From positions 32,304 to 96,303 of the IMG/VR virus record IMGVR_UViG_3300025012_000049: a stretch of DNA of 64,000 nucleotides, one strand, 5' to 3'. How positions within the stretch are numbered: position 1 is the stretch's first letter; each line of letters starts with the position of its first letter. Under the pieces are notes generated by a model. That model was not told where the DNA came from. It saw only the letters and a program-made list of their open reading frames with translations, and did no database searches. This document shows, piece after piece, positions 1-8,478 of this stretch. The DNA is from a virus. Made by a program: the position numbers and the translations under genes.

Positions 1-2190
1 TATGGAGAAGAATTATGGTGTAATTATGGTTATTACAGTAACGAGCTAATTTGTTGGTCAAGTTCTGGTTCTATTATTTATGATTTTACTAGAAATCCAA
101 CAGGTATTTCCTATAATATATTTAATGATTATGTAAAATACCAAGATAAGATTTATTTTACCTTTGCCTATAAGGGTGACACGGGGTATGAAAATCAGAA
201 GGGTTTAGGTATATTCGACCCTGCAACTGAGACTTCACGATTTGTTATTCCCAGCTATAAAACAGCAGATGATTATGGTTTTTATAAAATGACCCTTAAT
301 GAAGATTTAGGGGAAATATATATTGGTACAAATGTAGATGGTATTGTCATATTCAACATCATTACGGAGCAATTTACTCGTTTAAGTAATGAGGAAATTA
401 CAGGAATCACACCAAATAATACAGATAATTTTTATGGTAATGGTGGTGGTCCTGTATATGATTCAGCAAATGATCGTTTTTTCACTTGTTCTTATAATTA
501 TCGTGCAGTGGTTTCTTTTTTAAGAGAAGGAAAATTTAAACAGACACTATATAAACTTGGAACTAAAACAACTGGATGGGCTTTTTCTGCTGATGCACAA
601 TTAATCAATGGTTCTACAGCTCTTAATGCTTGGCTTAACATGGATGAAGGTAACAAAGTATGGTGTTTTTGGCAGAAAGATACCAATAATTTCACTGACC
701 ATTTTCTTGCTTGGGATGTTATTGAACCATTTTTTGATATAACCAATTATGTAGTAACCAGCAGAGATATTGAATTAAGAAGAACTGTTGATGGAAAACC
801 CAATGAGTTAAGTTTTGCTTTGTCTCATGGTCATTTATTTGATCCAAGTAACCAGTTATCTATTTTTTCCTCTTATGCTAGGAAAGGTCGTAAATTAACT
901 TTTGAAGCAGGAGAAATGATTGGTGGTGTAGCCTATTATCAAAATCAAGGTACATTTTTTATAATTGAAACAAGTATAGAATATTCGGTAAATGTTTATC
1001 CTGAAATAACTATACGGGCAGAAGATAAAAGATATTTGTGGAGTGAAGATAATCAAACAGCAATAGGATATGTTGAAGAAACACCAGAAAATATCTTGAA
1101 TGATTTTTTAACAGGTGAAATAATTGGTTTACTTACTGAAGAGGTAAGTATTCCAACAATGCAGGGAAGTATTTCTATTGATGCACAATGGGCTGAAGTA
1201 GATGCTGTAGAAATCATTAATACTATTGCTAAACGCTTTGGTTATTTCCCAAAAATAACTGTGGATGATATTTTTACTCTAGGTTTAATTTCAGATAGTG
1301 CAAGTGTAGTTCATACATACACAGATAAAAAAGCAATTATGAAATATACACCGGATGATAATTATTCATCGTTTATTAATCGTATAATTGTTACCGGAGA
1401 AGAAAAAGAAGAGATAGATGTACTTTTTGCAGAAGAAAGAGTAGCTACTTTAAATGGTACTGCTGGTTGGTGGGGTCATAAAAAGACTTATGATATTTAC
1501 TATTCAGATGATGGTAGTCGCAGGGTAAGGTATCCACGATTGGTAAAGTTGGAAACTACCTCAAGTATCATGTTTGAGTTGGCTGGTTCTGTTGATGAAT
1601 CCATTAATTATATAGACCCCAATGATAAATATTGTACTGTAAAGATTGATTGTCCAGATTTAATTCCATATTTTGCAGCAGCTTTAGGTATTATTGTTGG
1701 TAGTTATTGGATACCAGATCTTGATGTTAGTATTGGTCCAAACCCAACACTACCTATTGGTCGATACATTGGTGATGGTGGTATTTTCCTAGCTTTGAAT
1801 ATATTAGGTTCAATGGTTAATTATCAATATGAAATTTGGGGTGTTCCTGTAGGCAATATCCGTAGATCAGTACAATATACAGAAAATGATGAATTATTAC
1901 AGCAAGAAATTGGCAGAATAATAAGAGATATGATTGAAGGATTTGCTTGTTATACTGTAGCTGATTGCCGTTTTGTTGCTGAATTTGAAATGATGATACA
2001 AAAATTACAAAGAAAAAGGGTTACTTTTTCCAAGATAGCTCATCTACAGGATGAAGAGGGGGATACAATACAAGTACCACACCCTTATACAAATTTACCA
2101 ATTAAGTTGTTTATTAGCGATATAAAAAGAAAATGGAAATTTGGGGAAAACGGTTATTGTATTGATGATATAGAGGGTTGGAGAATTTAA
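1..2190 (+). CDS. Phage tail/baseplate hub-like protein (5' partial)
   Basis: Frame is open from base 1 into the 289..2190 ORF; beta-rich N-terminal part; C-terminal part resembles tail hub/host-specificity proteins; lies in a structural cluster. Confidence 0.6.
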   Translation, partial: YGEELWCNYGYYSNELICWSSSGSIIYDFTRNPTGISYNIFNDYVKYQDKIYFTFAYKGDTGYENQKGLGIFDPATETSRFVIPSYKTADDYGFYKMTLNEDLGEIYIGTNVDGIVIFNIITEQFTRLSNEEITGITPNNTDNFYGNGGGPVYDSANDRFFTCSYNYRAVVSFLREGKFKQTLYKLGTKTTGWAFSADAQLINGSTALNAWLNMDEGNKVWCFWQKDTNNFTDHFLAWDVIEPFFDITNYVVTSRDIELRRTVDGKPNELSFALSHGHLFDPSNQLSIFSSYARKGRKLTFEAGEMIGGVAYYQNQGTFFIIETSIEYSVNVYPEITIRAEDKRYLWSEDNQTAIGYVEETPENILNDFLTGEIIGLLTEEVSIPTMQGSISIDAQWAEVDAVEIINTIAKRFGYFPKITVDDIFTLGLISDSASVVHTYTDKKAIMKYTPDDNYSSFINRIIVTGEEKEEIDVLFAEERVATLNGTAGWWGHKKTYDIYYSDDGSRRVRYPRLVKLETTSSIMFELAGSVDESINYIDPNDKYCTVKIDCPDLIPYFAAALGIIVGSYWIPDLDVSIGPNPTLPIGRYIGDGGIFLALNILGSMVNYQYEIWGVPVGNIRRSVQYTENDELLQQEIGRIIRDMIEGFACYTVADCRFVAEFEMMIQKLQRKRVTFSKIAHLQDEEGDTIQVPHPYTNLPIKLFISDIKRKWKFGENGYCIDDIEGWRI

Positions 2191-2192
2191 TC

Positions 2193-3266
2193 ATGGGCTT
2201 ATTTAATAATAAGAGACTTATACGAAAAAATGCGTTATCTGTTTCCAAATCAAGACAAGAAACCAGAGATGCTATTATATGGGAGGTACTACCAACACAA
2301 CGTTTATGCAAAATAAAAATACAAGGATCAACTAATTTTCTTTATGCGAGATATCCACAAAATTGGGAATCAACCCCACAATACTTAAAAGCTGGTAATG
2401 CGGTAAGAATTGTGCATCGTGGAGGGAATAGAAATATTCTGGAAATAGTGGGGCATGGTAGAAATATACCCACATTTCCAGATTCAACAGACGTAATAGT
2501 TCCAATTGGTTCAAATAATGCAGTGTTAAGTGGTTTGGATATTTATGCTATAAGTGGTGTGATGAGGGTGGAGGTCTATAATGGAACATACAGAATAAAT
2601 GATGTAACTTACAGTGTTGGTGGTTTACTGCTTGGTAATGATTATAATACAATGGTTTTGGGTGATAATGTTATTTTAGGCGAATCTGTTGGGGTGTTTA
2701 CATTTACTGCACCATCGGCAGGTTATTGGCGCTATGATATGCTTGTAATTGGCGCTGATGGAACAATAGATAAAGTTGTTGGTACACAAACAATTAGTGA
2801 TCCAGCAATGCCAGCAACCCCAAGTAGCCATATAAAAATAGGTCATGTTTTGTTGTATGGTGGGATGACAGAAATAACTCAGGCTTATATTAATAAAATG
2901 TGGGAAGTATCTGTGCCTACATCAATGTTGGTTTCTCCGGTTTACTCAGAAATGGATTGGTTGGATAATCCGTTAAATATTACAGTTACAATCAAAGATC
3001 AAAATGGGATAAATCTTTCTGGTAATTGGAATATAAGTGTATCATTTGATGTTGGTAACGGATATTTTGATAATAATCCTGACTTTACAAATGGTATAAA
3101 AAGTACAGGGGGAACAGCTTCAGTAACATTTGCTTATTACAGATTAAATGATTTAATAGGTGAAACAGATGTTTCTCCACAAATAAGATTTAGTTTAAAT
3201 GGATATCCATTTAACATAGTTGTTGTAGTTATGTTATATGATTCTTTAGGCGAGTATATGTTATAG
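2193..3266 (+). CDS. Tail/baseplate structural protein
   Basis: GGAG RBS before ATG 2193; OB-like N-terminus, Ig-like C-terminus; tail context. Confidence 0.5.
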   Translation: MGLFNNKRLIRKNALSVSKSRQETRDAIIWEVLPTQRLCKIKIQGSTNFLYARYPQNWESTPQYLKAGNAVRIVHRGGNRNILEIVGHGRNIPTFPDSTDVIVPIGSNNAVLSGLDIYAISGVMRVEVYNGTYRINDVTYSVGGLLLGNDYNTMVLGDNVILGESVGVFTFTAPSAGYWRYDMLVIGADGTIDKVVGTQTISDPAMPATPSSHIKIGHVLLYGGMTEITQAYINKMWEVSVPTSMLVSPVYSEMDWLDNPLNITVTIKDQNGINLSGNWNISVSFDVGNGYFDNNPDFTNGIKSTGGTASVTFAYYRLNDLIGETDVSPQIRFSLNGYPFNIVVVVMLYDSLGEYML

Positions 3267-3280
3267 AAAGGAAAATTAAA

Positions 3281-3514
3281 ATGACAGATAGAGAACTGTT
3301 GGAGTTTATTTTGACAAAAGTTATAAATATTGAACAACAATTAACAGAAAGCAAAGCAGAACAAGAACGATACAAACAAAAATCCATAAGAATAAGGCAA
3401 CGAGCAAAATTGCAAATGGAGGCACAAATGAGCCATATGCCTCCAGCAATAAGACAAATAATGCAAGCAGCAATTCCTACAAATATAGATGATGAAGATG
3501 AAGGAGAAAACTAA
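3281..3514 (+). CDS. Hypothetical coiled-coil protein
   Basis: AAAGGA RBS; translationally coupled to next gene. Confidence 0.55.
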   Translation: MTDRELLEFILTKVINIEQQLTESKAEQERYKQKSIRIRQRAKLQMEAQMSHMPPAIRQIMQAAIPTNIDDEDEGEN

Positions 3515-4284
3515 TGTATAATTTTATTACTGCTTTGGTTGAGGGAACAACAAGATTTAATAAAGTGGATATGGAGGCACAAACCAAAGACTTAGATAAA
3601 GCTATTACTTATAAACATAATTTTCTTTTTCATTGTGATGGGGATATTACTTGGTCAAGCGGTACACTCACTTGGTCAGATAAAATGAGGATTATTTTCA
3701 TATCTGATGCCGGGAATGCTATTGCTAATGAAATCGCTGCTGGTAATATTGCTTTAGCGGATAACGAATATGCTTATGTTGATTTAAATGAAACCAACAA
3801 TAGTGTATTGACCGTTTCCAAAACCACCATTACTACCGGGGCCGCTGCTGGATATATTGGTGTTGGTCGAGTAGTATTAGGTTATCGAAATACCGCCAGT
3901 GATAATTTTTATCCAGTTGCTATTAAGAAAAAGTTTGAAACGGCTTTAACCGGGATTGGTTTGGAATTAACTGGTTATTCTGAAACAGAGGTTGGACCTG
4001 TTGATGCCTCTGGCGGAACGGCTAATATTGATTATGCAGCAGGAAATGTGCAGAGAGTCACTATTGGCGATGGTGTGGATGCAGCACTGACCTTTACCAA
4101 CTTACCTACAGGAAAAAGTTGTTCGGCAACACTACGATTAGAAATGGCAGGAGCAGTGCCAACAACCATTACATTACAAGGGACAACCATTGATACTACC
4201 GGAGTAACTGCCACGGGAGAAATTCTCGTAGAAGCTATTCGGATTAGTACGGATTGGTATATGGCGGTGCATCATGCCTCTTAG
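3514..4284 (+). CDS. Tail fibre/structural protein
   Basis: Thr/Gly/Ala-rich; IDYAAGNVQRVT-type fibre C-terminal domain. Confidence 0.55.
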   Translation: MYNFITALVEGTTRFNKVDMEAQTKDLDKAITYKHNFLFHCDGDITWSSGTLTWSDKMRIIFISDAGNAIANEIAAGNIALADNEYAYVDLNETNNSVLTVSKTTITTGAAAGYIGVGRVVLGYRNTASDNFYPVAIKKKFETALTGIGLELTGYSETEVGPVDASGGTANIDYAAGNVQRVTIGDGVDAALTFTNLPTGKSCSATLRLEMAGAVPTTITLQGTTIDTTGVTATGEILVEAIRISTDWYMAVHHAS

Positions 4285-4942
4285 TCATCGTGGAAGAATG
4301 ATGGGTGGTGGAGAATTATCGCCACCAACACCACCAGAAGATGTCGTTTTTGATTATACAACTTTTACTGAGGTTGATCCTAATAGTAGATATACTGTTG
4401 GTGTTGCCAGCATAGCTTTTGCAGCATTACCTAGAAATGAATCTTCCTATATTTACAAAGATATGGGTGTTAATTATTATTCAGGTAACTTTAAATTTGA
4501 CTTTGATTATATAGCTACAGCATATGGTTCTGCTGGTCATGCTGAACCGTGGGCTTTAGCTAATGCGGTAAATAATGTTTATACACTGAGAACTTCAGGT
4601 GAATCATTGTTGCAATGCTCTGCTTATATATTCAGTGGTGCGATTCGTTTTGAAGTATATGAAATAATTGGCACAGTGGTTAGGTCGTCTGGTAATTATC
4701 AAGGTACATGGAATAGTCAATACTATTTAACAGTTGAGCGGGATGAAAGTATTGGTACTTATGGAAGATTGTATCTTAGGGTTTATTCTGATGCAGCACG
4801 CACTACACTGTTATCAGAGGTCTATCTTGATTTAACTGCAAAATTGGATTTTAGATATTTATATGGGATTAGTTCAATTAATACGGGGGAAACAGATTGG
4901 TTAACTGGTTCTGTTTCTAATCTTACACAAGTAAATACATGA
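4274..4942 (+). CDS. Putative fibre-associated beta-sandwich (lectin-like) protein
   Basis: Short RRMMGGG-type leader, Pro linker, aromatic beta-rich body; follows the fibre gene. Confidence 0.45.
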   Translation: MPLSHRGRMMGGGELSPPTPPEDVVFDYTTFTEVDPNSRYTVGVASIAFAALPRNESSYIYKDMGVNYYSGNFKFDFDYIATAYGSAGHAEPWALANAVNNVYTLRTSGESLLQCSAYIFSGAIRFEVYEIIGTVVRSSGNYQGTWNSQYYLTVERDESIGTYGRLYLRVYSDAARTTLLSEVYLDLTAKLDFRYLYGISSINTGETDWLTGSVSNLTQVNT

Positions 4943-5847
4943 TAAACAATATGAAAAAACTAATATTTAGAAATAAACGAGCAATAGGTGACAATTTAAT
5001 ATTTACCACCACAATTAGAGAATTACATAAACAATATCCACAACAACATCAAACAGGAATAGCAACATATTACCCCGAAGTTTATTATAATAATCAATTT
5101 ATTACCTTGTTTGATTTATATGATAAACACCAAAATATACCAATAATTGATATTGATTACGGAGATAATTTTCAGCATAGAAAAACTTCGGGAAAACATT
5201 TTGCAGAATTTTACATCAATGAAGTAAACAAAAAACTAAATTTAAACATTGAATTAACCGATTGTAGACCACACTTAACTATTACTGTAGAAGAAATAAC
5301 TAAAGCTAAAGAAATATTGGAAAAACAAAACATACCAGAAAAGTTTTGGTTATTATCACCAGCCATTAAACAAGATATACCGTTAAAAAATTATTCCGCA
5401 AAACGTTGGCAGGAATTTTGTAATCTGGCTAAAGAAAATAATATTAATATTGTGCAAACCGGAGATAGCACAGCACTTAATCCTTGTTTAAAAAATATAA
5501 TTTCTCTGGTTGGAAAATTAAATCTCAGAGAGTATTTTGCTGTTGCTTTATTATCAAGAGGAATGATTGGGCATGTGTCTTTACAAACTCATTTGGCGGC
5601 AGCTTTAAATAAACCCTGTATCACTGTTGCCGGTTCCAGAGAAGGAAATCACCTATATAGTTATCCAAAACAACATTATCTTCATTCTATTGGTTTCCTT
5701 GAATGCTGTAAAGAAACTGCTTGTTGGAAAAAAACCATTCAAGATTGTGAAAATTATGATTACCAAAAAGGTATTAGCGGTTGTATGCAATTAATTAACC
5801 CAAAACAAATTGTAGATATTGTTTTAAAGTATGAAGGAAGATACTAA
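4939..5847 (+). CDS. Glycosyltransferase family 9 (heptosyltransferase-like)
   Basis: AIGDNL, KNYSAKRW, SLVGKLNLRE and HLAAALNKP motifs typical of GT9. Confidence 0.8.
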   Translation: MINNMKKLIFRNKRAIGDNLIFTTTIRELHKQYPQQHQTGIATYYPEVYYNNQFITLFDLYDKHQNIPIIDIDYGDNFQHRKTSGKHFAEFYINEVNKKLNLNIELTDCRPHLTITVEEITKAKEILEKQNIPEKFWLLSPAIKQDIPLKNYSAKRWQEFCNLAKENNINIVQTGDSTALNPCLKNIISLVGKLNLREYFAVALLSRGMIGHVSLQTHLAAALNKPCITVAGSREGNHLYSYPKQHYLHSIGFLECCKETACWKKTIQDCENYDYQKGISGCMQLINPKQIVDIVLKYEGRY

Positions 5848-5909
5848 TATTTTGGTTGGCAAAAGAAAAGATAACATGATAATATTACTTGAATTTAATA
5901 GAGGCAGAA

Positions 5910-6716
5910 ATGAGGTTAATAGACAGGTTAAAGAATGAACAACGTAGTCTTTTATCTTTCAGGCATGGTCTAGGTGATATAATTCAGTTTTTTCCCATAT
6001 ATAAAGAGATTTGCAGAATAACTGGTAAACGAATTGATTTAGGTGTAGAAAATAAACGGCAATTTCAACTATTATTTCCTAATGTGGTTTCAATTGACAA
6101 AATGAGGGATGATGTTAAATCACGTTATTCCTTTATTCATCGAGTTGCTTATAGGGAACCACAAGGAGAGTTATCTAAACCCTACGAATGTGCAATCAAT
6201 GAATTTGGTTTAAAAGATTTTGTATGGGAACCATACCAATTTAAAACAGAATTAAATAATGAAAACAGTAAACAGATAGGTATTAATTTTTTTGGAATTA
6301 CGGGCAGTAATAAAGAATCTAAGTTTTGTTCTTTGACAACCGCATATAGTATTTGGGAAGAGATTCAACAAGCTGGTTATAATCCTTTTGAGTTGTATCA
6401 GAGAGTTGGTTTTATCACTGACTACTATCGTGAAGGGTTACAAGTACCTGACGAATTCCCACTTGCTGATAATGTCAACTCTCTGCGTTTTCAAAAACCC
6501 GATCTTGGGTTGATTATAAATGAAATAAAAAAAAGTAGAAAGGTCATTTCCACTGATTCAGGAATCCTTTATTTAGCTATCATGTTGCTAGGAAAGGAGA
6601 ATGTTATTGGTTTAGAAAATGAAAAGAAAATCAGTAAATATTTGCCCATTGAAATTATCAAGGTTAATATTAAATGTTATAAACGAGGTACAATTTATAA
6701 TTTATTAAAATATTAA
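5910..6716 (+). CDS. Divergent GT9-like glycosyltransferase
   Basis: HGLGDIIQF and ISTDSGILYLA motifs; GAGG RBS before ATG 5910. Confidence 0.65.
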   Translation: MRLIDRLKNEQRSLLSFRHGLGDIIQFFPIYKEICRITGKRIDLGVENKRQFQLLFPNVVSIDKMRDDVKSRYSFIHRVAYREPQGELSKPYECAINEFGLKDFVWEPYQFKTELNNENSKQIGINFFGITGSNKESKFCSLTTAYSIWEEIQQAGYNPFELYQRVGFITDYYREGLQVPDEFPLADNVNSLRFQKPDLGLIINEIKKSRKVISTDSGILYLAIMLLGKENVIGLENEKKISKYLPIEIIKVNIKCYKRGTIYNLLKY

Positions 6717-6764
6717 GGAGGTTAGAATGAAACATGATTTTCATTGTGGTGGAGGGATTGTGTC

Positions 6765-7175
6765 ATGGACGTGGTAAAAGAATGGTTATCTAATCCAATA
6801 CTATTTGCTTTGGCCGCTTTATTTTTTTATATGGGTAAGAAACTATTTGACCATATGTTTGATTATCTAATAAAGAAAACCAAAACAGAATATGTAACCG
6901 CTGAAGATTTTGAAAAATATATAGAAAAAACTAAGGAAGCCTTTGAAAGTTATATCAAAGAATCTAAAAAAGATTTTGAAAAAACTTGCAAAGAAAATAT
7001 GGATGCTTGTTCTCTTCATCGACATGAATCAATTGCATGGCTAGAACCAACTATGAAAAAGATGATTAAACAAAATGTGGAGATAAAAAAAATAATGCAC
7101 TTGTTTGGTACAAAAATAGGTGTAGATGAATCCGTGCTGGCTAAATTGATAAATGGTGACTCTGAGGATTTTTAA
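6765..7175 (+). CDS. Single-TM lysis-region protein (holin/antiholin-like)
   Basis: N-terminal TM plus coiled coil; GGAGG RBS; upstream of endolysin. Confidence 0.45.
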   Translation: MDVVKEWLSNPILFALAALFFYMGKKLFDHMFDYLIKKTKTEYVTAEDFEKYIEKTKEAFESYIKESKKDFEKTCKENMDACSLHRHESIAWLEPTMKKMIKQNVEIKKIMHLFGTKIGVDESVLAKLINGDSEDF

Positions 7176-7195
7176 TATAATCAATGGAGATATAA

Positions 7196-7360
7196 ATGTC
7201 TGACACCAAGGAATATGATTGTTTTAAAAATACTAAGAAACACTGCATAAATTCACCAAGCGGTTTTTGTTCCAACAGAGGTCATCTCGATAAATGTATC
7301 CATCAACAAGGCTGTATTGTTCCAGAAAGACCTTTTGAACAGAAGATTATTAAGAAATAA
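7196..7360 (+). CDS. Small Cys/His-rich protein (54 aa, not in ORF track)
   Basis: GGAG RBS; MSDTKEYDCFKNTKKHCINSPSGFCSNRGHLDKCIHQQGC... Confidence 0.55.
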   Translation: MSDTKEYDCFKNTKKHCINSPSGFCSNRGHLDKCIHQQGCIVPERPFEQKIIKK

Positions 7361-7371
7361 AGGAGGTATTT

Positions 7372-7605
7372 ATGGAGGGTATTATTACCAATATTGAACA
7401 ATACATGAATCATGTTTTTGTTATCCTTACTATTTTATTTATTATCTCAGAAGGACTGGCACAAATTCCATCTATAAAAGCCAATAGTGTCTTTCAAGCA
7501 TTATCCAACATTATAAAAAACCTTTATGGTTTGTTTGGTAAAAAACAATTGGTAGTAAAAGAAAAGGAAATAAAGCAGGAGGGAGAGAATGTCACAAATA
7601 CTTGA
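7372..7605 (+). CDS. Putative holin
   Basis: Small hydrophobic protein with LFIISEGLAQIPSIKANSVFQ motif, charged C-terminus, near endolysin. Confidence 0.6.
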   Translation: MEGIITNIEQYMNHVFVILTILFIISEGLAQIPSIKANSVFQALSNIIKNLYGLFGKKQLVVKEKEIKQEGENVTNT

Positions 7606-7825
7606 GGAACGTTTACATAAAGCTATATCCCTAGCTAAAAGTAAAGGCATAAAGGTTATTAACTGTTCACGATTTTTCTTTGAGTATTACTATCCTCATG
7701 AACGTATGGATGCTAATAGTCGGGAACGATTTTATTATTTACAAGTATTTGACAAACTAAATTCTATGGGTGTATTAAAAGAAGATGGGATGGTATGGAG
7801 AGTGTTTTTAAATGAACAGAAATAA
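7589..7825 (+). CDS. Hypothetical protein
   Basis: GGAGGG RBS; overlaps the holin end. Confidence 0.5.
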   Translation: MSQILEERLHKAISLAKSKGIKVINCSRFFFEYYYPHERMDANSRERFYYLQVFDKLNSMGVLKEDGMVWRVFLNEQK

Positions 7826-7833
7826 TACATACT

Positions 7834-7869
7834 AAAAGAGCCTATCAGAATTAGCTGATAGGCTCTTTT
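7834..7869 (+). terminator. Intrinsic terminator-like hairpin (possibly bidirectional)
   Basis: AAAAGAGCCTATCAG-loop-CTGATAGGCTCTTTT. Confidence 0.7.
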
Positions 7870-7896
7870 GTTTATCTACAATTTAAGGAGTTAATT

Positions 7897-8478
7897 ATGT
7901 CAGATTTTGAAGATAGCTATAAGAAACTGATTGGTCATGAGGGAGAATATAGTCATGACCCCAATGATAATGGTGGAGAAACGTATAAAGGTATATCAAG
8001 GGTACACCATCCTGATTGGGAAGGTTGGAAAATTATTGATGAAGCAAAAAACAAACCAAATTTTCCAATTAATTTAAGGAGTAATCAAGAATTGGAAAAT
8101 TTGGTTATGGTGTTTTATAAACAATATTATTGGGATAAAATAAAATTGGATAATATAAATTCCCCAAAAATAAAATATGAATTGTTTGAAATTGGGGTAA
8201 ATATGGGTTTAGGTATTGCTGTTAAATTTTTACAAGAATCTATAAATTTACTGAATAGAAACAAAAAGAATTATACTAATATAGAGGTTGATGGTAATAT
8301 TGGTACAGATACCTTGTTAAAAACTCAGAAACTACTAGATATAGGTGATGAACATATCTTGTTTAATTTAATAAACATGTTGCAAGGAGAACGTTATATA
8401 GAAATTTGTCGTAGAAATGAAACCCAAGAAACATTTATCCGTGGATGGTTAAATAGAATTGATATAGTTAAAAATTAA
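7897..8478 (+). CDS. Endolysin, glycoside hydrolase family 108 with peptidoglycan-binding domain
   Basis: HEGEYSHDPNDNGGETYKGI catalytic motif; VDGNIGTDT and GWLNR C-terminal motifs. Confidence 0.9.
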   Translation: MSDFEDSYKKLIGHEGEYSHDPNDNGGETYKGISRVHHPDWEGWKIIDEAKNKPNFPINLRSNQELENLVMVFYKQYYWDKIKLDNINSPKIKYELFEIGVNMGLGIAVKFLQESINLLNRNKKNYTNIEVDGNIGTDTLLKTQKLLDIGDEHILFNLINMLQGERYIEICRRNETQETFIRGWLNRIDIVKN

